From contig NC_045696.1 in assembly GCF_009834535.1 (NCBI RefSeq), positions 112,718,001 to 112,782,000 of the forward strand: a stretch of DNA of 64,000 nt, given 5' to 3'. Below are positions 35,669 to 49,430 of the stretch, piece after piece. The notes under the pieces were generated by a model. It saw only the letters and a list, made by a program, of their open reading frames with translations. It was not told where the DNA came from and did no database searches. Position 1 is the stretch's first letter. The number at the start of each line of letters is the position of its first letter. Made by a program: the position numbers and the translations under genes. This DNA comes from Camelus ferus. Its lineage: Eukaryota.

Positions 35669-38597
35669 CTGGGACTCAGGAAGTCAGCCACATCTTGAAA
35701 TGGGCTCACACAGCTAAGCCTACATGTATATCCTCAGTCATAGGTATTAGCCTACTGAGAAATGTCAGTGATTTAAAGAACATCTTGCCACTTGTGTGGA
35801 TACAGCTTCTACTTTTGCACTGGCTGGCAAGAGATCATTTTGACATAATACATACCCATTAATAACATTGTAAACCTGTAGTTCCTTTAAGAAATAAAGA
35901 CTGTCTTTTCCCCTGCATTTGCTAGAATACAGCTATTATTTGTGGCTCCCTGAGTGCCAGGCTTCATGTTGTTTTCTTCAAGCAATGTTATTCTGGGCCC
36001 AGCTGAGAAGGGCAAGCTCAGCCTGGCTGGGTTTTTTCCCTTTCTTATTGTCACTTGCTTAGAAGTTAGCAGCCTCCGCCTTCCCTGGTACCCAGTTTGA
36101 GAGCTCCGTGGGTGTTCTCTGGGCTCATAATTGCACAGAGTTTGTTTGGGAACAGTAATGTTTCCATAGTTCCATTTGCTCTGTTTGTCTGCCCCTTCAT
36201 TACTGATGTTTTCAATCTCTCTGAGGCTTGGGAGGCAAATTTATTCACATTTTCCCCCTGTTTGCAACAATGCAGCATTTGGACCTGACTTCACAAAAAC
36301 ACCCAGTGTATTTCTCCCCATCTTGCCCTAATTCTTGAGTTGAAAATATTTAGAGTTTGCCCTATTTTATCAGGATTAAAGCAAAAGTTGGATCCAATCT
36401 TTTAGCCATTTCAACCCACATTCCACTGACATGAAAGACACATTCTTGAAGCTAATACATGTGGACACACTCATTTTTTTTCCTATTTGTTTTTAGAGAA
36501 AATAATTCTCTGGGTCTGTGTTTGCCCACTGGAAAACAGTCAATGATCAGCGGAGAGAAGGAACCCAAAGAATACTTAATTACTCAGAGAAAAACTCTCT
36601 GCTAATGACATTAAATAAGAGAAATGCAAACCTCACATCAAACTGACTTAAATTATAGCTCTCTCCTCTGGAATAAGGCCTCCTGGGGCTGAAGACTATG
36701 CCATCAAAGCCACATACAGCAAATAATCCAGGAAATCACCAGGGCTGGAGGATAAATATGAGCAAGTCAAGTTTAATTCTCCTCTCTTGGCGAAAGAAAG
36801 CAGTTAGAGGAAAAACAGGAATGGATTCAAATGCTACCCATTCTTCAAACCAAATATTTATTTAAAATAACCATATGGCCAAAAACCCTTTTTTTGTTGA
36901 TTTGCTATTTATCTTTGCTTTCTGTTTCCTCCTGGGCAAACTGAGAAATGAATGGCTATGTTTTTAAAATAGAATAAAGTGACTTTAAATGGGAACTATA
37001 CGGCAAAATCAGATTTATTTGGTTGTGAGAATCTCATGAGAGCCAATGAGGGCATTATTTTTGCTCAAAGGGAAGCTTTTCTAGGCGTCAACACCTCTGA
37101 AGTCACTATTTCTGATGCGTATTGCTCCTCTTAGCACACTATTTCACGTTATATATTACTAGACACCAGTTCTAATTCAAAATTAGTATAGATTCTATTA
37201 TTCATATGATAATCAGCCATCATAAAAGTGAAAATGCCTTTATTGTTGCAGATGGGTATTTTCTTCGAAATTGCCCTTGAAATGAAGGATGATGTCAAGC
37301 GAGTTTGAGTATTTACAGAAAACCGTATAGAATGGTGTGGCAAATTCTACAGTACCCCTCTGAGATAAGGAGGAAAGAATTATCAGTATGACCTTAGCAA
37401 GGCTGGATAACCTTGGGCCAAACAGCCTTTGTGAGGCTCCCTTCCCTGCAGCATGAAATGTACAGTTCCACTGGTGTGCCTGACCGTGTGCTTCAGAAGA
37501 TTAACTGATGAGACGTCCCAGATCAAGCACCCAGTCCTCTGTCTGGCCCCTGGTAGCTCAGTTCCTCACTTGTTTACTTTTCCTGTTGTTAACAACTACA
37601 TTTCAAAGGTTTTCCCTTTAGTATGTAAATTATATACCAATTTTAAAGTTTCCATAATCAGCTTCATTTCTGTCCCCAAAATACCCCCACACAGCTCTAA
37701 TCCCCTTGGAGCCAGAGTAAGATTTTCCATGAATATGACTGAGATTATTTCCTTTTCTTACCACTCTTTGTTTTCAGGTTTGACCCTGTTGAGGACCCCA
37801 GTTCTTCTGGTTCCCATCTCTGAAGAAGAAATGAGCCTTATTTAGGTTGAAACAGAGAGGCTTGAAGTTCCAGCCTTGAGCAGGACACAGGGCCTCTGAG
37901 AGCCTCACCCTATGGTAGTGTCTTCTAACTGTGTGAGACCCTGTGGGAAAACGCAGCAGTTCTCAGACCCATTCATGGTTCCACTGCTGGTCAGTGGGGG
38001 CAGATAAGAACTTGTCACAGTAGCTGCTTGAGAATTGAGTCAGTCAATGTAAATTGTTTGTTCATGTAAATAATTTGCAGTTGTTATTTCCTTGTAGTTT
38101 GCTTTATTTTGATGTTAAGTATCTTTAGAAACAAGATGCTATTTTTATTTATCACCCAAACTAATAGGAACAGAAAATACGATGTACTGTCCCCAAACAA
38201 TGTATGTTTTCCCATGCCAATCGTTTGATCAGTCCATAGAGGTTACATATACATACACTCAACTCTGATTCTTTATAACTATTGGACTTACGCAAGATAC
38301 TTAACTATTTTGTTTTTCATTTGAAAACTAAGAATAATAATACCTTCTTTACAGGATTCTTCAGAAGGTTAAAATAAGAAAGAGGGAGATAAAGTACCTT
38401 ATACATACTGGTGCTTGAATATTACTTCACTCTTATTCACCCAGTTAACAAATATTTATTGAGTAATTATCACGTATTAGTTTAGGGGCTGGGTTACCAG
38501 GGCCAGCAGAGAGCTTACTTTATAGTGGAAGAGTCTAACAGATGAATAAATATGCAAGATAACTTCAGATAATGGTAAGAAATATAAAGTGGTGAAT

Positions 38598-39003
38598 TAA
38601 TCAGTTAGCTATTACTGTGTAAACAATTATCCCAAAATTTAGTGACCTAAAACAACAAGCCTTCATTATCACTACAGATCAGCTGATAATTCTTCTGGAC
38701 TCAGCCAGCCTCACTCATTTCTCAGTGGTCAGCTACATGTCGGGTTGATGGTTCTACTGATCTTGGCTAGAGCCTCTTACATGTATGGGGATCAGCTGAT
38801 CTATGTTGAGGCAACTGGGCTCTCCTCCACATGGACTGTCATCTGCCAACAGGCCATGCTTGCTCTCATGTCACTTTGGTTTCATTCTGTTGGCCATATC
38901 AAATCTACAAAATTCCACTTGTTGATGGGAAGAGCTGAAAACTTAAGAGGTATGGAAACAGACAGGGATGAAAAATTGCCACCATTTTTGAAATCTATCT
39001 ATC
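38598..39003 (-). mobile_element. MaLR LTR (MLT1-type) within an L2
   Basis: atcagttagctattactgtgtaaacaattatcccaaaatttagtgacctaaaacaac. Confidence 0.7.
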
Positions 39004-39088
39004 CTAGTGTGTTTATGGCAAATTCAAGAACAGTAGTCAGAGAAACCTCTTCAAGTAGGTGACCTTTGAGTTGGAAATAACCTGGCTA

Positions 39089-41723
39089 ACATCACCCTAA
39101 TGCTAAAGCCAGATATGGACACTACAAGAAAAGAGAACTATAGACCAATAACCTAATCAATATAGATTTTTAAACCTTCAACAAAATAATATCAAACAAT
39201 CAAATAATATCAAAATCCAAGAATGTATTAGAAGGATTGTACACCATGACCAAGCAGGACTTACCTCTGGAATGCAAAGATAGTTCAACATACAAAACTC
39301 AGTAAACATTATGCACCACATTGTAATAGAATGAAAGATAAAGATCACATGGTCATCTCAAAGGATGCAGAAAAATCATCTGACAAAATACAATGCCCTT
39401 ACCTGGTAAAAATCTTCAACAGACTGGGTATAGAAGAAACATACATCAACATAATAAAATCCATAGAGGACAAGCCCACAGCTAACATCATACTCAATGA
39501 TGAAAAATTGAAAGCTTTCCCTCTAAGAGCAGGAGCAAGACAAGGCTGCCACTCTCATCACTCTTACTCAAATAGTACTGGATGTCATAGCTAGAGCAAT
39601 CAAGCAAGAAAAAGAAACATAAGGATCCAAATGAGAAAAAGAGAAGTAAAATTGTCATTATTTGCATATAATAAAATTTCATATATAGATAATCCCAAAG
39701 ACTCAACTAAAAAACTATTAGAATTAATCAAGTTCAGTAAAGTTTCGGGATATAAAGTCAACACACAGAAATTAGTTGTATTTCTATACATGAACAGTGA
39801 AACATCTGAAAAAGAAATAAAACAATTCTATTCACAATGTCATCAAAAACAGTAAAAACACTTAGGAATAAATTTAACAAAGGAAGTGAAATATCTATCC
39901 AATTAAAACTACAAAACTTTGTTGAAAGAAATCAAAGGCAGAAGCAAATGAAAATGCATTCTGCATTCATAGATTGAAAGAATTAATATTGTTAAAATGT
40001 CCATACTATCCAAAGCCATCTACAGATTCAATGCAATCCCTATCAAAATTCCAATGGCATTTTTTCACATATATAGAAAAAGCAGTTCTAAAATCTGTAT
40101 GGAACCACATAAGACCCCAAATAGCCAAATCAATTCTGTGAAAGAAGAACAAAGCCAGAGGCATTACATGTCCTGATTTTAAACTAGACTAGAAAGCTAT
40201 AGTAATGAAACAGTACAGTACTGGCGTAAAAACAGACATAGAAACCAATGGACCAGAATAGAGAGCCCATATATTAAACATATAATGCAACGGAATTAAA
40301 CCTCCATGTACACAGTCAACTAATATTTGACAAAGTAGCCAAGAGCACCCAGCAGAGAAAGAATGGTCTCTTCAACAAATGATATTGGGACAATTGGAGA
40401 AATCTATGCAGAAAAGTGAAATTGAACCCCTATCTTACACCACTCACAAAAAAACTAACAATGGATCAAAGACTTAAACATAAGACCTGATACCATAAGA
40501 AGAAAACATCAAAAAGAAGCCCCCTGACATTGGTTTTGGCAATGGTTTTTTTTGGATGTGACACCAAAAGCACCAATAGCAAAAGCAAAAATGAACAAGT
40601 AGGACTGCATCAAACTTACAAGCTTCTGCAAAGAAAAAAAAAATCAATGAAATGAAAAGTCAACCTATAGAATAGGAGAAAATATTTGAACACCACATAT
40701 TGAATAAGGGGTTAACATCCAAAATATGTAAGGAACTGATACAACTGAATGACAACAATAACAAAACACTTCGATTAAAAAATGGATAGAGGAACTAAAT
40801 AGACATTTTAAAAAAAGACATCCAAATGGCCAGTAGGTACAAGAAAAGATGCTCAACATCACTGATCACCAGGGAAATGCAAATCAAAACCACACATCTG
40901 AGACAAAAGCTATCATCCAAAACACAAGACACAATAGGTTCCAGTGAGAATGTGGAAAAAGGAGACCCTGAGTACACTGTTGATGGGAATATAAATTGAT
41001 TCAGCCACTATGGAAAACAGTATGGAGGTTCCTCAAATAATTAAAAACAGAACAACCATATGATCCAGCAATTCCACTTCTGGGAATATACGCAAGAAAA
41101 TGAAAACAGGGTCTCAAAGAGATACCTGCATTATCATGTTTTTGCTGCATTATTCACGATAGCCAAGATATGGGAATAACCCAAGTGTGTGTCAATGGAT
41201 GAATGGATAAATATATAGAGATATAATGAAATATTATTCAGCCATAAAAAGGGAGGAAATCATGCCATTTGCAACAACATGGATGGACCTTGAGGACATT
41301 ACATTAAGTGAGTAACTCAGACAGAGAAAGACAAATACTGTATGATATCACTTATGTGTGGAATCTAAAACAGTCAGACTCATAAAAACAGAGTGGTGGT
41401 TACCAGGGCCTTCAGTCGGTCAGGGGGTGGAAGGGAAATAGGACAGATATTGTTTAAGGAGACAAACTTGTCACCAGTACATAAATAAGTCCTGGGTACC
41501 TAATGCACAGCATAGAGATCATAGACAACAACACTGTATTAAAAAATCAAACTTGCTAAGAGATTAGATTTTAAGTATTCCTACCACAAAAAAAGAAATT
41601 ATTAGGTGATTTAACAGAGGTGTTAGCTAAAGGACAATGGCAATCACGTTGCAATGTCTAAATGTATCAAATCAACAGTTTTTTACACCTTAAACTTACA
41701 CGATGTTATATGTCAAATATATT

Positions 41724-41774
<51 letters not shown>
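39089..41774 (+). mobile_element. L1MA9-like, about 2.7 kb: decayed ORF2 RT/C-terminus, 3' UTR and (TAA)n tail
   Basis: [14 protein letters not shown]...KPTANIILN; the catalytic LSLFADD motif has decayed to LSLFAYN; multiple stops and frameshifts; L1MA9-type 3' UTR; inserted in an L2. Confidence 0.93.
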
Positions 41775-41779
<5 letters not shown>

Positions 41780-43539
41780 CAATAAAGAATGAGCTGGCCA
41801 TGTGAAGACTTAATAGCCTGTCCGCAGAGAGAACAGCACATGCAAGACCCTGAGGTGGGAGTTATGACTTCAGTATTTTCAAGGAAAAAACAAAAGGCCA
41901 GTGTCACTGTCCTTTTCTCCTCCATAGTGTAAGATCCATTTGCACAATTGTGTAATTGTTGGAGAAGATCAGGATGTAGAACTTAAGAGTGGATGTAGAA
42001 TTGCTAAAGATCTAAGATTCTAGGGTCCACAAATGGGTTGATCTGTTTGTCAAGATGAAAAGCAATGTCACTGCTTCCACACAGAGCTCCCACTCTTATA
42101 AACACTTCCCATGTCTCAGAATCTCTAGAGACATTCAGGGTTGGATTTCCAGATATAATACAAGACAGAGCGTTTGTTATTGCAAAACACATTAAGCAGC
42201 ATTTCTAAAGCAGATCACCTCCATCCCTTCCCCAAATACTATGGGTCTTTCTTTCTAGAACAGGACTGTAGGATTTTCCTAAGTAATTTTATTCGATTAG
42301 TTTTTGGTTCTAGCCTTACAAAACTTTCTTTCCAGTAGATCAAAGTATAGAAAATCCTAACTCATCACAGTAGGCACAATGAAAACAGAGAAAGAACCTA
42401 CAAGGGGCAGGACAGGTCAAAGCAAAGTCAAGCTTTTGGCTCCTGTCTCTATCATATCAGCCAGTAGTCTCTTTGTTGCTTTAATATATAAGAAATGGAA
42501 TACCTAAACCAGGAGTCAGAACGCTTCTAGGCTTGGACCCACGCCAAAGAGCGAGGTCCATTCTTGTTCATCTTTGTATGATTAGCTCTTTTGAGGAAGC
42601 ATTAATTGAGTACTAAATGAATAGATGGCTGAATGCTGGCTGGCTGGATTAATGGATGAGACTGAAGGGAAAAAAGGAGCACGGGCCAAGCCAGATTGCC
42701 AACTTCCAGGTCTTTTAAGAGACTTTGCCAGTGAATGACTAATTTTCTCTAGGTTGGCCATAGATTGGAAAATAGACATTGGAGTCACTTCCAACCAAAT
42801 ACCATACCGTCTCATAAAGAGCAGCCACGTGATTTTGGGTAAGTCTATCAAACTTCGGGTGTCAACATTCTTATCTCTAAAATGGGACAACTGGACGAGG
42901 ATGACTTCCAGTTGTTTTCTTTTTCCATCTCTTAAACCCTAGGGTCCCACAATATTTACTTCTAAGTACCAGAACATCCCTGGTGATGAGGAAGACATTT
43001 TAGACAGTCAGTCTAAGCGCAGTGGCTCTTTCTGCCATTTTTCTTTTTCAACTTAGAAAAAAATGCTTAGAAAACTTGGTTCATTAATATCAAAAATATT
43101 GAATTAAGCATTTTAAGCACAAGGAATATTTACAGTGAGAAAGAGAAGAAACACGAATCCCTGTTCTTTGTGGAGTTCTTAATTTTATAATCCATCTTGT
43201 TAAGGGATCAGATAATCTCTTTGGCAAGAGACTAATTCCACTCTGTACCCCATGCCTCAAAATTCTCCATCTGATATATCTGCTCATTGTTTGAAACACC
43301 TCTCCCCACTTTTTCCTCAAGGATTTTTTTTTTTCTTTTCATGCAGTTCTAGTGGCTGAAGGAAGTGCCTTTCAAGCATATCACCAAGGTGCACCATCAG
43401 ACACAGGAGTGGGCACGTGACCAGAGGTGCCCATCACATGCTGCTTTTTAAGATTTGCTTATTGAGTAGAGATACCCAGGGGCAGAACAGTTTAGAGATG
43501 ATTCATCCAAGGGCAGCCCTAGAGAGGTGACTGGGGAGG

Positions 43540-43690
43540 TTCTGGTTCTAAGGTCCCAGGCAGGGTCTTGCTCTAGAGTTTCTGATTCAGTGCATTTGAT
43601 GTGAGGATGAGAATCTGCAGTTTGAACAAGTTCTAAAATGATACTGTTGTCTGGCTTAGGGACCACACTTTGAGAATTACTGATTTCCAA
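43540..43690. mobile_element. MER5A-type hAT-Charlie
   Basis: agagtttctgattcagtg...gaatctgcagtttgaacaagttc...gggaccacactttgagaattactg. Confidence 0.8.
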
Positions 43691-44336
43691 AACCACTCTA
43701 GACCTTTTCTTTTATTGAGGCCTGGCTTCTAACATGTTCTTCAGTCTGAATCCATCCTGCATCCTTCTAACAAATCCAACTTTCTTGTTTAAGTTACTCT
43801 AAGTCACTTTAAGTTGGATTATGACTTGTAATAGAATTTTGGAAGCATGGGATTTTCAGAAGCATGGGATGTTGTGGCACAGTAGTTTGACATCTTCTGA
43901 CCAATCTGATGCTCATAATTCCAAGGTCCACAAGTGTGGATGGACCTGCCATTCCCTCCTCCCTCCTTGCCTTCCCACCTGCCTTGGTTCAGGCTTACAT
44001 AGGCATGGTCCCCATGCTTCCACCCCAGCTCTGCCTAAGTTTTCCCTGCTCCATATACCTGCTACTTATCTAGCTCCTAGGTTTATGATTATCCATACCT
44101 CATCCCATCCAGATGAGTAAGAGTCTTAGCTAAACCCATTGTCCAGGAAATCTCATGTTTCTTTGGAAATAAATCTTACTTGCTTGTTTTTTAAATTTTT
44201 ATTTTATTTAATATGCAAAATAAATCTTACTTTGGAAGTTAAGTTATAATGGTGGTCTTCTTAAAAGTATTCTTTGGGTCTCTCCAATGTACACATGTTA
44301 TTAAACTTCTCTTTGATTTTCTCCCATTTTAAAAAA

Positions 44337-44393
44337 TGTTTTGTTTTGTTTTGTTTTGTTTTGTTTTGTTTTGTTTTGTTTTGTTTTGTTTTT
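44337..44393. repeat. (TTTTG)n microsatellite
   Basis: About 11 pentamer units. Confidence 0.95.
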
Positions 44394-44942
44394 GCATGGT
44401 ATTGCCAAAATGAGTACTCATACCAAGAATATTCCACTCTGCTGGCAGGTTTTCAAAATTTTGACAGAATGTTTCAGCTAGCTTCCCTCTTTCTCTCTTT
44501 TGAATTCAACAGCCCTCAAGCTAGGCTGAAGATAGATGGTCTTTTACAAGATGATAAAATTTAAGCTCAGACAGCCAGTGGACACACACTTGGAGTTCTA
44601 CCCTTTTATCTTACTAACTCTTGACATTCCTCAAGAGCCTCCGTATAGATGTGCTCTCCCCTGGGAAGTTCCTTTCTCCCTCAAGACTGTTATTGCTGCC
44701 CTACTGTAGTTCCCACAGCAACTTCTTCTGCTTGTATTATGGGCTGCTTAAGAGAAATAAAATCACCTGTCTACTTTCTGTATTTTCTCCTCTCTCTACT
44801 AAACCCTAAGCTTCTTGAGGACACTCTTACTATATCCCTGGTACTTAGGACAGTCCCGTATTTTATGTAGGTATTCAAAAACATTTATTGACTATTGCGT
44901 AGATATAAAGTTTACCGTGCTCTGTGTCAGGTGCTATGCTAT

Positions 44943-45688
44943 GTAACATGCAGTTACCGCCTATTTTTGCCTACCCGACATCCATTTCCCCCTTCTGGTA
45001 AAGCCACCTTTGGTGAAATCACTTCTCCCACGTCCTTGATGAGTGTGCTTTGAATAGGGAAGACCCCACTCTAGGCTCTGAGGAGCAGCATATGAACAAA
45101 GTCTGGTATTTTAAGCATCTTTGACCAAGATTCAGAGTAAATTTTCTACCGTGATCTAATTAATGAAGTGGTTCTCTCATAAAGTAGTCAAGTGAACAGT
45201 CAGAACTCTGAAATCGCTCAAAGGGGGATTTCAACAAAAGTCCTTGAAGTTTCTGCCAAGGAGAATTGTCACATAGCATGAGCCCAGAGATCTTTTATAA
45301 GGCAAATTTTCTAAGAGTCTCTTGGTGTACCTGGCTAACTGGCAAGCACCATCCATCTGTCCATGATGCGTGGTTCAGAAATGAAAACAAGACTCAAGGC
45401 TAAGAACTTAGCTGGGACTCTTGGCAAAGAATATCCCTCTTCTCACTGAGTTAACTAAGCCTGGAGCTGCTGCTGGCCACTCTTTGTCTCCTCTTGAGAA
45501 GAGCTTGCCTGGGAATGAAGAGTGAAAAAGCAGACTTGAAACTGGCAGGAGAAAGATTCTGATGAAACCCTTTGAGCACCTGGATCTAACTATGTTTGAA
45601 GTCTTAGACTTTTAAAAATCTCTTTTTCCCTTAAGCCAGTTTGAGTTCAGCTTCTGTTATTTTCAACTGAAAAGCCCTAACGAATGCA
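44943..45688 (+). mobile_element. MaLR LTR (MLT1K-like), possibly interrupted
   Basis: catccatttccccttctggtaa...gcctggagctgctgctggccac...ttaagccagtttgagtt...tttcaactgaaaag. Confidence 0.7.
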
Positions 45689-46729
45689 ATGTGCAGTACC
45701 GTGTTTAATTCACATCTTCAGCTAGCAGTTATTAACTTTCTGGTTTAGAGGTTTAGCAGTTGGTACATAGGGGTTGTCTCCCACTAAGTGAACTCTCCCA
45801 AGGTCACATCCCAAGGCCACACAATTAGTAAGTCCAAAATCAAGAACTAGAATGTGGTTCATCGTAGTTACAAATACCAGGTTCTAATCACCACACACAC
45901 AGCCACCCACAGTGGGTAGGAATAAAAAAGAAAGGCAAATGAATCCATGAAAATTGTCAGAACACACAGCTTATTAAGAGAACTCACTCTCTGGATCCAC
46001 ACAGCTCCGTATGCAAGATGTAGCAGGACAGAGATTGGGAAGGGAGTCTGGAATGTTTCTTTATTTGCAAAAGGAGCATATTACAGACATTCATAGACAG
46101 TAAAGCATGAATATTTACCTACCGTAACACACTCCCTTCTCAGTAACTCCTCATCCTACTTGAGATTTCACAGAATCAAACATTTCTTGGAGGTTTTTAG
46201 AGATTATGTTCTTATCTAGTCATCTCACATGCCATGAGGGGGCCTAGAAAAGGAAAATTAATTGGCTGGTGGAGGCCACAACGTGGAGAACAAAGGGGCC
46301 GGATCTGGAATTCTCCACCCACCCTGACCAGCAATGGAAACCTGTTTCTACTATGGTTCAGAATCCCTGTTAGATGGGCTGGTTCTGCCCATGTTGACTG
46401 AGAATTGCCAAGGAGTTTCTACCATTCACTGAGGGCCAAAACCACACCAGGCACTGATAGTTTACAAGTCTCTCTGTCCTATACCTGCCTCCTCCCAATG
46501 CAACTCCTGCCATACCTTGGCTTTAACAAGACCATTGACATAAACTTATTGGCCATCAGGTTCATTGGTTTCCAAACATTTAAGACAAATACATGACAAA
46601 TCCATTTGGGGACTCGGAAACCCAGGGCAATGGGGGAAAGCACGTTGACACAAGAAAGTCCAGCTGGTTTGGCCCTTTACTCAGCCCTGAAGCACCTAAT
46701 TCCCTTCCAACAGAGCACCGTACTTAAGC

Positions 46730-46900
46730 ACCGTCAAACCTAGGTGCAGATCCTCGCTGTGTGACAAGTTACTTCACCTCTCTAAGCCTCAATTTCATCT
46801 TGTGTAAAATGAAGACAATAAAAGCACCCACCTCAAGTATTGTTACAAGGATTAAATAACTTTCTGACACATAATAAGGACTCAACACAGATTAACCATT
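46730..46900 (+). mobile_element. MIR SINE
   Basis: acaagttacttcacctctctaagcctcaatttcatcttgtgtaaaatg. Confidence 0.8.
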
Positions 46901-48029
46901 ATGAGCGTGTGTGTTTATTGGACGTGCATTTTGACTGCAAGGCAACAGCAAGGATTTGCACCTGAACCTGTGGGATATGATGCTATCTTCAGGTAGATGG
47001 TGTCAGGATTGAGTTGAACTGCAGGACATCTGGTCAGTGTTTGAGAAGTGCTTGTTGCTATGGGAAACCCGCCCACCTCCCTTCAGAACTGGGTACAGAA
47101 CCCTTTACTTTGGTAATTTGTCTCAATACAAATACCTTAGAGGTAGGTAATACCTTACACCATTCATCAGACATTGCCTCTTTGATGCAAATAATGGATT
47201 AAATAGGGATCTTAAAAGATCTTTTAACTCATTGGTTTTAGGAGATTGCTTAGGACTGTGAGATATCACTGAAAATTCTATAAAGCAGAAAATAAGCAAC
47301 CCAAAATAGAAAACTAGAGCTCCCAAAGACGCACTCCTGGTCCTCATTATGTATGAGCAATTTTATTTAAACAATACTGATGCAGCTAGATAATGATGAT
47401 GGAATGTAAGCCTCTTCAAACATGAAGAAATACTGGTGATAAATGGCTTCATTTTCCCTATCCATTATTTTCACTCCCCTTGGCTGATGACTTTTGTAAG
47501 TTGCAAGTGTCTCTTCTATGTTGTTTATTCTGTATTATAAAATTCTTTTCTTGTGACAGCCACATGCAACTTGTTATTCTCTTAAAAGGTTGTACAATTT
47601 CATTAGAACTAGAAAGGGCTTTTGGAACGTTACCAACCCGGTAACATTCATCTGGCAATAGATCTTGGCCTTAATAGGACAGGATTGGATTGAATTAAAA
47701 AGCTAAAACTTCTTAGTGAATGATCCAAAACTTTTGGAGGAATAGTAAAAATGGCCAAACTGAAACAGATACCTGTGGGTACAGGCAGTGAAAGATCCTT
47801 CTACTCTGTTCACTTTTAATGGTGCATTATTTCACTGGGAGTCTAATACAATGGTTCCTTGAAAGGTTTATTACTTGACTTCAGAAATTTCAAAGTTGTC
47901 ATATGCCTTCTTACTCAAAAGAGTGACAGCATTGCTTGCTTTTGAACTTTAAAACACTTCCTTTATCTTAACATGTGGTTAAGACATAACCCTCAAAGTG
48001 TTTTCTGTATATTGGCTGCATGCCTAGAG

Positions 48030-48203
48030 CAGTGGTTCTCATTTGGGGGCAGCTTTGCTCCCAAAGGACACCTGGAAATATTTTTGGTTGTCAAAAATGG
48101 GTAGAGGCTAAGGATGCTGCTAGACCTCCTTCTCAGGACATCTCCTCACAATAAAGCCTTATCTGACCCAAAAGCCTAGGAGTGCTGAGGTTAGGGAACC
48201 CTG
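48030..48203 (+). mobile_element. MER20 hAT-Charlie (internally deleted)
   Basis: cagtggttctc...tttttggttgtca...gggtagaggctaaggatgctgcta...gtgctgaggttagggaaccctg. Confidence 0.85.
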
Positions 48204-49390
48204 CTGTAGACCACGTAGCATCCATCTTCAAGGCACAAGAGTCTGTTCTTGCCTGGGAGTTCCTCTGGATCAACTTGAATAAAACAACCCTCTCAAGGTG
48301 TGATGCCTGTATGTGTGGTGTAGAATCACTCTCTTACTCTGCATCTGTCTGTCCAACTGGATTGCAAACCTTTTGAGGCAAGGGCCATCCTTACTATTTC
48401 TTTTTCAGAGGTGATGGCAATTCTTTGGGCATAGGAGAGAAAAAAGCCATAAGAGCACAGTTAACTCTCAAATGCTCAACATAATACGGGTTGCAAGAAG
48501 TAGAAAATCAAAAACCATGGTTGAAAAATAGGAGTTAAAGTGTGCTCAGATAGATTTTATGCAAATGTAAGTAAAATTATATCCAGTAATTTAAAATATA
48601 TTTGCCATTCTGATGTGTACATGTAACAAAGGTAATCAATAGTATGGAATAATTAAGAAACACTAAATGTAAATTACTTGATTAAGAAAACTGCCCCAAA
48701 GTTACTGGACATTAAAATAATACATTACTACCTACTTCTTAGGTGGTCATGTCAATCCCATCCCATACCTAGACATTAACAAAGAAGAAGTAGATCAGAG
48801 TTGCAATCCCAAGTATTTGCTCCTTTCCTTACTCACCTGGTCCCTCCACTGCCTGATGTAGCTGTATCTCTGATGCTACAGTAGTGTAACACTTCGCTAC
48901 ATTCCTCCTCCTTTCCCTCTCTATGTGGTTGGCCTCTGCTCTGTGATCTCAGGAGGTGCTGTGATCAGAAAAAGAATGATACCCTGCCTGATTGTGAAAG
49001 TGAAGGCATATTCCTGAATTACAGCACATACTTGTGACATTGATTACTTTGAAGTAACTGGTATTTTGCAATATAGAATTTTTATTTCTCGCTGATTTGT
49101 TACGATACTAATTTTTTTCCCAGGGCACTTGCTTATTTAAAAATAAAACTTATGTTAAATTGCAAACATTTACATCTTTGCCGTATCATCAAAAAGTTGG
49201 TATTTGTTGTCTTGGGAGCAAATAAATTGTTTTTATGTAAGAAAAATAACTAGCTGAGAATAAGCTGTTAAATTCTGAGACAAACATCCTGAAAAGTACT
49301 GATGAAGGGAATTGCTTTTTTTTAAAAAATTCAATAAACTGGGTTAGGTCCGTATTTGTCTGCATGGTTTAAAGCCGAAGCAGGAGAATG

Positions 49391-49430
49391 ATGCCCTACA
49401 GTTCCAAAATGCCCTACAGTTCCAAAATGC
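49391..49430. repeat. 18-bp perfect tandem duplication
   Basis: atgccctacagttccaaa x2 followed by atgc. Confidence 0.95.

Noticed and set aside
39331..39855. Reverse transcriptase-like ORFs as a functional or novel RT system
   Set aside because: These are fragments of a 5'-truncated, frameshifted L1 ORF2 with the catalytic FADD motif mutated to FAYN.
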